From NCBI GenBank assembly GCA_049582045.1, contig JBAUTD010000103.1:1-59368 (forward strand): DNA of 59,368 nt, in the 5' to 3' direction. Within the stretch, counting starts at the first letter, position 1; every line of letters begins with the position of its first letter. Made by a program: the position numbers and the translations under genes. Below the pieces are notes generated by a model that worked only from the letters and a program-made list of their open reading frames with translations, searched no databases and was not told the DNA's origin. This document shows positions 47,281-59,368 of the stretch, piece by piece. The stretch comes from Burkholderiales bacterium (GTDB lineage Bacteria; Pseudomonadota; Gammaproteobacteria; Burkholderiales; SG8-39).

Positions 47281-47751
47281 ATGAACATCAATCTGACGCT
47301 GTTTACGCAGGCTGCCGCCTTTGCGCTGTTCATCTGGTTCACGGTCAAGTTCGTCTGGCCGCCGCTGCTGCGCGCAATAGAGAACCGGCAAAAACAGATT
47401 GCCGATGGCCTGGCCGCCGGCGAGCAGGGCAGAAAGTCGCTCGAAATCTCGACCCGCGAGGCCGAGCAGGTTGTCCAGGGCGCGCGCGAGCGGGCCGCTG
47501 AAATCATTGCGCAGGCCGAAAAGCGCGGCACGCAGATCGTAGAATCGGCGCGCAATTCCGCGCGCGAGGAAGGCGAGCGGGAAGTCGCTGCGGCCAAGGC
47601 GGAGGTCGAGCAAGAGGTCACTCGCGCCCGCGAACAGTTGCGCGACCAGGTCGCGCAATTGGCCGTCGCCGGCGCGGAAAAAATCCTGAGGCGCGAAGTC
47701 GACGCCAAGGCGCACGCTCAACTGCTCGATTCGATCAAAGCGCAGCTCTAG
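47281..47751 (+). CDS. atpF: ATP synthase F0 subunit b
   Basis: 156 aa, N-terminal TM plus a long charged coiled coil. Operon position. Confidence 0.9.
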   Translation: MNINLTLFTQAAAFALFIWFTVKFVWPPLLRAIENRQKQIADGLAAGEQGRKSLEISTREAEQVVQGARERAAEIIAQAEKRGTQIVESARNSAREEGEREVAAAKAEVEQEVTRAREQLRDQVAQLAVAGAEKILRREVDAKAHAQLLDSIKAQL

Positions 47752-47757
47752 CCTCCC

Positions 47758-48294
47758 ATGGCCGAACCGATCACGATCGCGCGACCCTATGCGGAGGCGG
47801 TGTTCCGCCTCGCCGACGGTGCTGGCAAGCTCGCGGAGTGGTCGTCCATGCTCGCGGCGCTGGCGCAAGTCTCCGGCGACGAGCGCGTGCGCGCCGCGAT
47901 CGGAGACCCGAACCTTTCAGCGGCGAAGGTCGCCGGCTTTTTCATTGCGATCCTCAGCGGCCGCCTGACGAGCGAGTGCGAGAACCTGGTGCGCGTGCTG
48001 GCGGATAACCATCGGCTCGCGCTGCTGGCGGAGATCCGCGCTCAGTACGAAGCGTTGAAGAACGAGCGCGAAGGCGTGGTCGAGGCCGAGATCCAGTCGG
48101 CATTCGAGCTCGACCCGGCCCAGCTTGCCGATCTCACCGCGCGACTGGAAAAGCATACCGGCCGCAAGGTCCGCGTGAACGTTAACGTCGACAAAGAACT
48201 GATCGGCGGCGCGCGGATCCTGATCGGCGATCAAGTGATCGACGCTTCGGCGCGCGCGCAGCTTGCGGCGCTGGAAAGCGCACTCAAGGCATAA
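47758..48294 (+). CDS. atpH: ATP synthase F1 subunit delta
   Basis: 178 aa OSCP-family protein (ARPYAEAVF start). Operon position. Confidence 0.9.
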   Translation: MAEPITIARPYAEAVFRLADGAGKLAEWSSMLAALAQVSGDERVRAAIGDPNLSAAKVAGFFIAILSGRLTSECENLVRVLADNHRLALLAEIRAQYEALKNEREGVVEAEIQSAFELDPAQLADLTARLEKHTGRKVRVNVNVDKELIGGARILIGDQVIDASARAQLAALESALKA

Positions 48295-48308
48295 AACCAA
48301 GGAATCCT

Positions 48309-49856
48309 ATGCAACTCAATCCGTCCGAAATCTCGGAACTGATCAAGAGCCGCATCCAGAACCTAGATGCCGGCGCCGAAAAGCGCACTCAGGGCACAGT
48401 GGTATCCGTGACCGACGGCATCGTGCGCGTGCACGGCCTGTCCGATGTCATGCAGGGCGAGATGCTCGAGTTTCCCAAGAGTACTTTCGGCTTGGCGCTA
48501 AACCTCGAGCGGGATTCCGTCGGCGCGGTGATTCTGGGCGAGTACGAGCACATCTCCGAGGGCGACACGGTCAAGTGCACCGGCCGCATTCTGGAAGTGC
48601 CGATCGGGCCCGAACTGCTCGGGCGCGTGGTCAACTCCCTAGGACAGCCGATCGACGGCAAGGGGCCGATCAACGCCAAGGAGCGTGACGTGATCGAGAA
48701 GGTTGCGCCGGGCGTGATCTGGCGCAAGTCGGTCTCGCAGCCGGTACAGACCGGCCTCAAGTCGATCGACGCGATGGTACCGGTCGGGCGCGGCCAGCGC
48801 GAACTGATCATCGGCGACCGGCAGACAGGCAAGACGGCGGTCGCGGTTGACACGATCATCAATCAGAAGGGCAAGGATCTGTTCTGTGTCTACGTGGCGA
48901 TCGGGCAGAAGGCTTCGACCATCGCCAACGTGGTGCGAAAGCTCGAGGAGCACGGCGCGATGGACTACACCATCGTGGTCGCCGCATCGGCCTCCGAGTC
49001 GGCGGCGATGCAGTACATCGCCCCCTATTCCGGTTGCACCATGGGCGAGTACTTCCGTGACCGCGGGCAGGACGCGCTGATCATTTACGACGACTTGACG
49101 AAGCAAGCCTGGGCCTACCGTCAGATATCGCTGCTCCTGCGCCGTCCGCCGGGACGCGAGGCGTACCCTGGGGACGTCTTCTACCTGCACAGCCGCCTGC
49201 TCGAGCGCGCCGCGCGTGTCAACGACGCCTGGGTCGAGCGTTTCACCAATGGCAAGGTCAAGGGCAAGACCGGCTCGCTCACCGCACTGCCTATCATCGA
49301 GACGCAGGCGGGTGACGTGACTGCGTTCGTGCCGACAAACGTGATCTCGATTACCGACGGCCAGATTTTCCTCGAGACCGATCTGTTCAATGCCGGTATC
49401 CGTCCTGCGATCAACGCAGGCATCTCGGTGTCGCGGGTCGGTGGTGCGGCGCAGACCAAGATCATGAAGCGGCGTGATACCGGCGGCGGCGTGCGCCTGG
49501 CGCTCGCGCAGTACCGCGAGCTGGCGGCCTTCGCCCAGTTCGCTTCCGACCTCGACGAGGCCACCCGCAAGCAGCTTGAGCGCGGACGGCTGGTTACCGA
49601 GCTGATGAAGCAGCCGCAATACATGCCGCTACAGGTGTGGGAGATGGCGCTCACGCTGTTTGCGGTCAACAACGGATATTTCGACGACATCGACGTCAAG
49701 AAGGCCCTCGCAGCCGAAAAGTCGATGCGCGACTACGTGAAGGAAAAATACGCGGATCTGGTCGGTCGCATGGAGGACAAGAAGGACCTTTCGGCCGAAG
49801 ACGAGAAAGCCCTGAAGGGTGCAGTCGAGGACTGGAAGAAGAACGGTTCGTTCTGA
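48309..49856 (+). CDS. atpA: ATP synthase F1 subunit alpha
   Basis: 515 aa with Walker A GDRQTGKT. Confidence 0.97.
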   Translation: MQLNPSEISELIKSRIQNLDAGAEKRTQGTVVSVTDGIVRVHGLSDVMQGEMLEFPKSTFGLALNLERDSVGAVILGEYEHISEGDTVKCTGRILEVPIGPELLGRVVNSLGQPIDGKGPINAKERDVIEKVAPGVIWRKSVSQPVQTGLKSIDAMVPVGRGQRELIIGDRQTGKTAVAVDTIINQKGKDLFCVYVAIGQKASTIANVVRKLEEHGAMDYTIVVAASASESAAMQYIAPYSGCTMGEYFRDRGQDALIIYDDLTKQAWAYRQISLLLRRPPGREAYPGDVFYLHSRLLERAARVNDAWVERFTNGKVKGKTGSLTALPIIETQAGDVTAFVPTNVISITDGQIFLETDLFNAGIRPAINAGISVSRVGGAAQTKIMKRRDTGGGVRLALAQYRELAAFAQFASDLDEATRKQLERGRLVTELMKQPQYMPLQVWEMALTLFAVNNGYFDDIDVKKALAAEKSMRDYVKEKYADLVGRMEDKKDLSAEDEKALKGAVEDWKKNGSF

Positions 49857-49870
49857 GCTGAGCCAGCGCC

Positions 49871-50734
49871 ATGCCAGGCACCAAAGAAATCCGCAACAAG
49901 ATCAAGAGTGTGCAGAACACTCGCAAGATCACCAAGGCGATGGAAATGGTCGCCGCCTCGAAGATGCGCAAGGCGCAGGAGCGCATGCGCGCGACGCGAC
50001 CCTACGGCGAGAAGATCCGCAACGTGGCCGCGCACATCAGCCACGCGAACCCTGAGTATCGCCATCCGTTCTTGGTCGCACGCGATTCGGTCAAGCGGGT
50101 CGGGCTCATCGTGATCACGACCGACAAGGGCCTGTGCGGAGGTCTGAACACGAACGTGCTGCGCATGACACTGGGCCAGTACAAGGAATGGCAGGCGCAG
50201 GGCGAAGAGATCGAAGTGTGCTGCTTCGGAAACAAAGGGCTGGGTTTCATGCAGCGCCTCGGTGCGAACATCGTCTCGCAGGTGGTTCAGCTTGGAGACC
50301 GGCCGCAACTCGACAAGCTGATTGGCGCGGTGAAAGTCATGCTGGACGGGTACATCGAGGATCGCTTCGACCGCCTGATGCTGGTTTATACGCGCTTCAT
50401 CAACACCATGAAGCAGGAGCCGGTGATAGAGCAGCTGCTGCCGCTTTCGGGCGAGCGACTGGGGGCGCCAGAAGGCAGCTGGGACTACCTTTACGAACCG
50501 GAAGCGAAAGCGGTGCTCGACCAGGTGCTGACGCGCTACGTCGAGACGATCATCTTCCAGGCCGTGGCGGAGAACATGGCTTCGGAGCAGTCGGCGAGGA
50601 TGGTGGCAATGAAGGCGGCATCCGACAACGCCGGCACGCTGATCGACGAGCTGACCCTGGTGTACAACAAGAACCGCCAGGCCGCGATCACCAAGGAACT
50701 TTCGGAAATCGTCGGCGGCGCCGCCGCCGTGTAA
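49871..50734 (+). CDS. atpG: ATP synthase F1 subunit gamma
   Basis: 287 aa with N-terminal [25 protein letters not shown] and C-terminal [12 protein letters not shown]. Confidence 0.95.
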   Translation: MPGTKEIRNKIKSVQNTRKITKAMEMVAASKMRKAQERMRATRPYGEKIRNVAAHISHANPEYRHPFLVARDSVKRVGLIVITTDKGLCGGLNTNVLRMTLGQYKEWQAQGEEIEVCCFGNKGLGFMQRLGANIVSQVVQLGDRPQLDKLIGAVKVMLDGYIEDRFDRLMLVYTRFINTMKQEPVIEQLLPLSGERLGAPEGSWDYLYEPEAKAVLDQVLTRYVETIIFQAVAENMASEQSARMVAMKAASDNAGTLIDELTLVYNKNRQAAITKELSEIVGGAAAV

Positions 50735-50750
50735 CGGAATATACGTCTAG

Positions 50751-52190
<1,440 letters not shown>

Positions 52191-52198
52191 GCGCACTC

Positions 52199-54375
<2,177 letters not shown>

Positions 54376-54551
54376 ACGTTGGGCGTGCGCACGCGCTTCG
54401 GCTGCTGACGCAATGCGTCAGGCGGAGAGTTTGTTATCCTCCGGGTTGAGGGCTTAGACCTGCGCGCGCGCAGACGGCGCGCCGCGCGAGAACGCCGCGT
54501 CCGATCATGCCTCGTCTCGGCCTTCGCGTTTCTTCAATCCAAAGGTGAGCC

Positions 54552-56444
54552 ATGACGCGCCCCGGCGGCGGCGAACTATCCGAGTGGACGCTCGAGTCCG
54601 AGACCGCGGAGCGCCTGCGGGCGCTGGTGCGGCGCCGCAGGCTGCGGGGGGTGTGGCCAAGCGAGCACTCGCCGAGCCGACTGGTAGTGCTCGCGGTTCT
54701 GGTCGGCATCGCCGGCGGGCTTGGTGCGGTGCTGTTCCGCGACCTTATCGCCTTGGTGCACAACCTGATGTTCCTGGGCAAGTGGTCGTTGACCTACGAT
54801 GCCAACCTGCACACGCCCGAGTCCCCGTGGGGCGCATGGATCATCGCGGTGCCGGTGATCGGGGCGTTAGTGGTCGCGTTCATCGTCAAGAATTTCGCTC
54901 CCGAGGCAAAAGGCCACGGCGTGCCGGAGGTGGTCGACGCGATCTACTACAGCGGCGGGATCATCCGGCCGGTGGTGACGCTGATCAAGGCACTCGCGTC
55001 GGGGATCTCCATCGGCACCGGAGGCTCGGTCGGCCGCGAGGGCCCCATCATCCAGATCGCGGCGGCATTCGGCTCGACGGTGGCGCGCCTGACCCGGCTG
55101 CCCGAGTGGCAGCGAATCACGCTGGTCGCCTGCGGCGGCGCAGCGGGCATCGCCGCGACCTTCAACACTCCGATCGGCGGCCTGCTGTTCGCGATCGAAA
55201 TCATCCTGCCAGAGATCAGCGCCCGCACGGTGATTCCCGTGGCACTCGCCGCGGGCGGCGCGACCTTCGTCGGGCGCGCGTTCTTCGGCGACTATCCCGC
55301 ATTCGATATCCCGGCCCTCGCCCTGCCGGCTTCCTACCACCTCTCGCTGGGCCCGATCGGCGCCTATGTGGTGCTCGGGGTCCTGTTCGGCGTCATGTCG
55401 TTCGTCTACATCCGCTCGATATACGCGTTCGAGGACCGCTTCGAAAAGCTGCCAGGCGGGTACTACGGCCAGCACGTGCTGGGCATGGCGATGGTGGGAG
55501 CGATGTTCTACCTATGCCAGCGCTACCTGGGACACTACTACGTCGCGGGAATCGGTTACGCCACGGTCCAGGACACGCTCACCCACGCGCTCACCGACCC
55601 CTACATCCTCCTGTTGCTTTGCCTGCTCAAGCTGCTCGCGACCTCGCTCACGCTCGGTTCCGGCGGCTCGGGCGGCATCTTCTCGCCGTCGCTGTTCATG
55701 GGTGCTACCTTCGGCGCAGGGTTCGCGCTGCTCGCGAACGCGTTCGTGCCCGGCCTGCAGCTGGACGTTGCCGGCACGGCGGTGATCGGCATGGCTTCGC
55801 TCGTGGGAGCGGCGACAGGCGCGGTCGTTACCGCGATCGTCATGATTTTCGAGATGACGCGGGACTACAACGTCATCGTGCCGCTCATGATCACCGTATC
55901 GGTCGCATACGGTGCGCGCCGTCTGCTGATGACCGACAGCATCTACACCATGAAACTGACGCGCCGCGGCCACCTGATCCCGGACGCGTTTCATACCAAC
56001 CTGTACATGCTGCGATCGGTGGCGGACTTCATTCGCACCCCGATGCAACTGTGCGACGCCGGCCTGCCGGTAGCAACGCTGTTCGACGGGCTGCAGCGGC
56101 AGACTTTCGTGCCGCACGTGCTGGTCACCCGAGATGGAAAGGTCCAGGGCGTGCTCTCGTCGCGCCGTATCGTGCACATGCTCAGGCGCGGCAACCGGAC
56201 GGGGACGGTGGGCGATCACGCCCGCCCGGGCTACGCGGTGGTAAACGCACAGGACCTGATCTTCGACGTGCTGGCGCGCCTGCGCGACAGCGGCGGCGAC
56301 ATCGCGCTGCTGACGCGCGAGGGCAAGCTGGAGGGGGTGGACGACGTCACCGGAATCGTGACCTGGAACGACATTCTCCTGCACGGAAACATTCCGCTGC
56401 CGCTGCGCCGGCGGCGGCGGCCGGAAGCGCCGCGCGCCGCCTAG
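54552..56444 (+). CDS. ClC-family chloride channel / H+-Cl- antiporter with a C-terminal CBS pair
   Basis: 630 aa with ClC selectivity motifs GHGVPEV, GREGP, GGIFSPSL and a C-terminal CBS-like region. The same-strand alternative-frame ORF 54545-56470 is a shadow. Confidence 0.88.
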   Translation: MTRPGGGELSEWTLESETAERLRALVRRRRLRGVWPSEHSPSRLVVLAVLVGIAGGLGAVLFRDLIALVHNLMFLGKWSLTYDANLHTPESPWGAWIIAVPVIGALVVAFIVKNFAPEAKGHGVPEVVDAIYYSGGIIRPVVTLIKALASGISIGTGGSVGREGPIIQIAAAFGSTVARLTRLPEWQRITLVACGGAAGIAATFNTPIGGLLFAIEIILPEISARTVIPVALAAGGATFVGRAFFGDYPAFDIPALALPASYHLSLGPIGAYVVLGVLFGVMSFVYIRSIYAFEDRFEKLPGGYYGQHVLGMAMVGAMFYLCQRYLGHYYVAGIGYATVQDTLTHALTDPYILLLLCLLKLLATSLTLGSGGSGGIFSPSLFMGATFGAGFALLANAFVPGLQLDVAGTAVIGMASLVGAATGAVVTAIVMIFEMTRDYNVIVPLMITVSVAYGARRLLMTDSIYTMKLTRRGHLIPDAFHTNLYMLRSVADFIRTPMQLCDAGLPVATLFDGLQRQTFVPHVLVTRDGKVQGVLSSRRIVHMLRRGNRTGTVGDHARPGYAVVNAQDLIFDVLARLRDSGGDIALLTREGKLEGVDDVTGIVTWNDILLHGNIPLPLRRRRRPEAPRAA

Positions 56445-56504
56445 AGACGGTTCTGGTGACACGCGTTTGACCTGGGTCAAGCGCGCCGCCGTGCATACCG
56501 CAGA

Positions 56505-57986
56505 ATGGCCACCGTGGACGAGGGCGAACGCATAGCGGCAGTGACCTACGCGGTGCGCGCGCAGGTGGTGCTGAAGTATTTCGGCCAGCTCGCATTGGTG
56601 CAAGCGGCGCTGTCATGCGCGCCGCTCGCCGCGTCCCTCTATTTCGGCGAGTATCGCCTCACCTTGGGCTATCTGACGGTCGGCGCACTGCTCGGCGCAG
56701 TGGGCGTGCCGCTTTCACGCCTGCCGCGACCCGCCCGTGTGCTGACCAACGAGGCGCTGGTGATCACCGCGCTTGCCTTCATCACCGCGCCGCTGGTCAT
56801 GACCATCCCGTTCACGGATGCCGGACTGCCCCTTGGCGACGCGCTTTTCGAGGCGATCTCCGCTATCACGACCACGGGCCTGTCGACGCTCGCCAGCGTC
56901 GAGCATCTACCGCGCACCCTGTTGTTCGCCCGGGCATGGATGCAATGGTATGGCGGCCTGGGCTTCGTCGTGCTGTCGCTCGCGCTTCTCGCGGGCCAAG
57001 GCGGCATCACGCGGCGTCTCATCGATCCGGAGACCGCGGGAGAGGAGCTTGCCAGTACGGTGCCTGCGCACGCGCGGCGCATGCTCGTCGTGTACCTCGC
57101 GCTCACGGGTATCGGAATCGTCGCGGTGTTGCTCGCTGGGGCGCCCGCCGCCGCGGGCGTCGAGCACGTCCTTTCCGCGGTGTCGACCGGCGGCTTCTCG
57201 ACCTTCGACACGAGCCTGGCCGGATTCAGCTCGGGTAAGGTCACGACGGCCATCACGGCACTTTCGATATGCGGCGCGATCGGATTGCCGTTGTACTACC
57301 GTGCATGGCGCGCCGGACCGCGCGCGCTCTGGCGCAGCCCGGAACTGCGCGCCCTCGCGCTCGCGCTGACACTTGTCGTTGCGGCATTGACCGTGCTTAT
57401 GGTCTTCAACGACGGGCTCTCCTGGCCGCAGGCGCTGCGGCGCGCCGCCATCCTCGGCGTCTCGGCGCAGACCACCACCGGGTTCAGCGAATCGCCGCTC
57501 GCCGCGTTCGGGGACGCGACGCTGCTCGTACTTGTCGTAGCCATGATGGTGGGCGGCTGCGTAGGTTCAACGGCCGGCGGGGTCAAGCTGCTGCGCGTGC
57601 TGGTCCTGCTCAAGGTGGCACGCGTCGCGCTGCGGCGTACGGGGGCTACCAGCCACGCGGTGATGGAGCCAATGCTCGAGGGCAAGCGAATCGAGGATGC
57701 CGACCTTGTGCGCGCGCTGCTGCTGATCGCGCTGTACTGCGGCATCGTGCTGCTGTCGTGGTTTGCCTTTCTGGCGTACGGCCATGCCCCGATGGAGTCC
57801 TTGTTCGAGGTCGTCTCGGCAACGTCCACGGTGGGGCTATCGACGGGCCTCACCGGGCCGCAGCTCGAGCCGCTGCTCAAGGCAGTGCTCGAACTTGATA
57901 TGCTGCTGGGACGGCTGGAGGTCGTCGCATTGCTGGTGGTGCTGTATCCGGGAACCTGGATCGGGAAGAGGGACCAATCCTTATGA
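56505..57986 (+). CDS. TrkH/KtrB-family cation transporter (second copy)
   Basis: 493 aa polytopic protein with four pore-loop glycine motifs (TTTGLS, STGGFS, QTTTGFS, TSTVGLS). Confidence 0.85.
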   Translation: MATVDEGERIAAVTYAVRAQVVLKYFGQLALVQAALSCAPLAASLYFGEYRLTLGYLTVGALLGAVGVPLSRLPRPARVLTNEALVITALAFITAPLVMTIPFTDAGLPLGDALFEAISAITTTGLSTLASVEHLPRTLLFARAWMQWYGGLGFVVLSLALLAGQGGITRRLIDPETAGEELASTVPAHARRMLVVYLALTGIGIVAVLLAGAPAAAGVEHVLSAVSTGGFSTFDTSLAGFSSGKVTTAITALSICGAIGLPLYYRAWRAGPRALWRSPELRALALALTLVVAALTVLMVFNDGLSWPQALRRAAILGVSAQTTTGFSESPLAAFGDATLLVLVVAMMVGGCVGSTAGGVKLLRVLVLLKVARVALRRTGATSHAVMEPMLEGKRIEDADLVRALLLIALYCGIVLLSWFAFLAYGHAPMESLFEVVSATSTVGLSTGLTGPQLEPLLKAVLELDMLLGRLEVVALLVVLYPGTWIGKRDQSL

Positions 57987-58390
57987 GAGCGGTGTTCATC
58001 GGCGCGGGCTCGCTGGCCGTGGTGACGGCGAAGCTGATCCGCGAGCGCGGCGAGGAGGTCGTCATCATCGAGCAGGACAAGGAGCGCATCGACTCGCTTG
58101 CGGAGCAGATCGATTGCGGCTTCCTGCACGGCGACGGCAGCAAGCCGGCGATGCTGCGAGAGGCCGACCCCGAGCATACGGACGTGCTGTTTGCGCTCAC
58201 GGGCAACGACCAGGCGAATATCCTGGCCAGCCTCGTGGCGCGCTCGCTCGGATTCAAGCGTGTGGTCACCAAGATCGAAGACGTCGAGCTCGAGCACATC
58301 TGCAAGGAGCTCGGGCTCGAAGACGTCATCGTGCCATCCCGCACGGTCGGGCGCTTTCTCGCGGAGCGGTTCGCGGCCAAGCCCAAGTGA
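57983..58390 (+). CDS. RCK_N (TrkA-N) only NAD-binding regulatory protein
   Basis: 135 aa with Rossmann start VFIGAGSLAV and no RCK_C domain. ATGA overlap with the preceding transporter. Confidence 0.8.
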   Translation: MRAVFIGAGSLAVVTAKLIRERGEEVVIIEQDKERIDSLAEQIDCGFLHGDGSKPAMLREADPEHTDVLFALTGNDQANILASLVARSLGFKRVVTKIEDVELEHICKELGLEDVIVPSRTVGRFLAERFAAKPK

Positions 58391-58471
58391 CCCGGGCGCC
58401 GTAGCAGGCACGGCGCGCCTCGGGCAAAATAGGGCTCGTCAACCGGCATGCAAAAGGTGGAGCGACACGGC

Positions 58472-59014
58472 ATGAGTTACGACTTCGAGGAGTTTATCGC
58501 CGACACACACGCGACCCTGAAGCGCGGCAGCGGGCCCGCCGAGCTGGAACAGGTTCGCCGCGGGCTCGCGAAGTTGCTTGCGAACGGGGGCTTCGTCGAG
58601 CGCGTCTGCGGGCCGGGCGCCAAGGGCGGCCTGCATCGCCTCCACGTCGACCACGAGCTGGGGTTCGAGGTGCTTGCCCACGTCAACGAGAAAGCGCGCA
58701 AGTCGCCGCCTCACGATCACGGCGAGTCGTGGGCGATCTACGGCCAGGCGATCGGCTACACGGACATGACGGAATACCGGCGCGTGGACGACCACAGCGA
58801 CCCTGACGTTGCGAAGCTCGAGCCGACCCGGCGCTACCGGCTGAACCCGGGCGAGGTGGGCGTGTTCGCCGGCAGCGCGATCCACGCGATCGACTACCCC
58901 GACAAGTCGCGCTTCATCCGCGTCACCGGAACGAACCTGGACGCGATCGAGCGCGTCGCCTACGACGAGCAGACCGGTCGCATCAAGCGAATGGGTGCGC
59001 AGCAGGCGACCTGA
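58472..59014 (+). CDS. Cupin-fold hypothetical protein (metal-site motifs present)
   Basis: Cupin motifs PPHDHGESWAIYG and NPGEVGVFAGSAIHAI. ATG 58472 is preferred (AAGGTGGAG 9 nt upstream); the alternative is ATG 58448. Confidence 0.55.
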   Translation: MSYDFEEFIADTHATLKRGSGPAELEQVRRGLAKLLANGGFVERVCGPGAKGGLHRLHVDHELGFEVLAHVNEKARKSPPHDHGESWAIYGQAIGYTDMTEYRRVDDHSDPDVAKLEPTRRYRLNPGEVGVFAGSAIHAIDYPDKSRFIRVTGTNLDAIERVAYDEQTGRIKRMGAQQAT

Positions 59015-59368
59015 TGGGCGACGCTTTCGGCATTCTGTCGTATGGCGCCTACCTTCCGCGGCGCCGCCTCCAGCGCAAGGTCATCGCGGCGGCGAACGGA
59101 TGGTTCAATCCCGGCTTGCGCGCGCTGGCCAAAGGCGAGCGCGCGATGGCGAACTGGGACGAGGACTCGGTCACCATGGCGGTCGAGGCGGCGCGCGATT
59201 GCCTCGCCGGAGTGCGCCCGCCATCCATCGGCCAGCTGATGCTCGCCTCGACCACGCACCCCTTCGACGATCGGCAGAATGCCGGCATCGTGGCGACCGC
59301 CCTGCATCTAGGCTCGGCCCTGCGCGTGCTCGACGTTACGGGCAGCCTGCGCGCCGGCACGTCGGCGC
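59014..59368 (+). CDS. HMG-CoA-synthase-like / thiolase-fold condensing enzyme, 3' partial (runs off the window)
   Basis: Not in the ORF track because no stop is reached. My translation reads MGDAFGILSYGAYLPRRRL...ERAMANWDEDSVTMAVEAARDCL..., an HMGCS-family N-terminal pattern. Its start overlaps the cupin stop (TGATG). Confidence 0.6.
   Translation, partial: MGDAFGILSYGAYLPRRRLQRKVIAAANGWFNPGLRALAKGERAMANWDEDSVTMAVEAARDCLAGVRPPSIGQLMLASTTHPFDDRQNAGIVATALHLGSALRVLDVTGSLRAGTSA

Noticed and set aside
54376-54551. Fluoride (crcB-motif) riboswitch upstream of the ClC gene
   Set aside because: I see no match to the conserved fluoride-aptamer core as I recall it. The ClC protein has CBS domains and canonical chloride-type motifs, unlike ClC-F exporters. 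The local hairpins (54405-54421 and the CTGCGCGCGCGCAG palindrome at 54460-54473) look like generic GC-rich structures.
54545-56470. 641-aa ORF overlapping the ClC gene in another + frame
   Set aside because: The translation is Arg/Pro/Gly-rich without TM helices. The 54552 frame contains the ClC selectivity motifs (GHGVPEV, GREGP, GGIFSPSL).
55512-58411. 363-aa and 371-aa minus-strand ORFs opposite the ClC and second TrkH genes
   Set aside because: These are GC-driven shadow ORFs. The + strand frames have clear channel and transporter signatures.

Overview
GC-rich proteobacterial chromosome segment covering the replication-origin neighbourhood. The gene order def-fmt-rsmB-DUF4390-ntrYX-trkAH and dprA-smg-topoisomerase suggests a betaproteobacterium, but that is inference. 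Almost the whole window is conserved housekeeping. Left to right: amtB; a small aromatic/acyl-CoA catabolic cluster (MarR, aryl-CoA ligase, FAH-family hydrolase, zeta-GST isomerase, then TetR, enoyl-CoA hydratase and SDR on the other strand); a rhodanese / 4HBT thioesterase / PAS-hemerythrin operon; metH with a terminator-containing leader; a 31-aa Thx-like ribosomal protein gene below the ORF-track cutoff; DUF423; a long minus-strand array def-fmt-rsmB-DUF4390-ntrY-ntrX-trkA-trkH-small CxxC protein; LysM-dprA-smg-type IA topoisomerase converging on gyrB-dnaN-dnaA; rpmH-rnpA-yidD-yidC-mnmE; pckG and an MFS transporter; mnmG-rsmG-parA-parB; the complete atpIBEFHAGDC operon; NAD-malic enzyme; a ClC/CBS channel with a second TrkH-family transporter and an RCK_N-only protein; a cupin; and a 3'-truncated HMG-CoA-synthase-like gene. 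I saw no rRNA, tRNA, CRISPR array, IS element, integrase, prophage or recognisable defence system, and I cannot point to a clearly novel multi-gene system here. The signals most worth follow-up are not in the ORF track: two near-consensus parS sites upstream of mnmG, DnaA-box clusters on both sides of dnaA (origin position ambiguous), the metH leader attenuator (possible riboswitch), and the Thx mini-gene. Also worth a look are an NtrX-like regulator with a visibly dead AAA+ core, a P-loop-less CobW-like mini-protein translationally coupled to trkH, and the PAS-hemerythrin operon. Many long ORFs in the track are GC-driven shadow frames and were rejected. All homology calls come from motifs I recognise in the translations, not from database searches.
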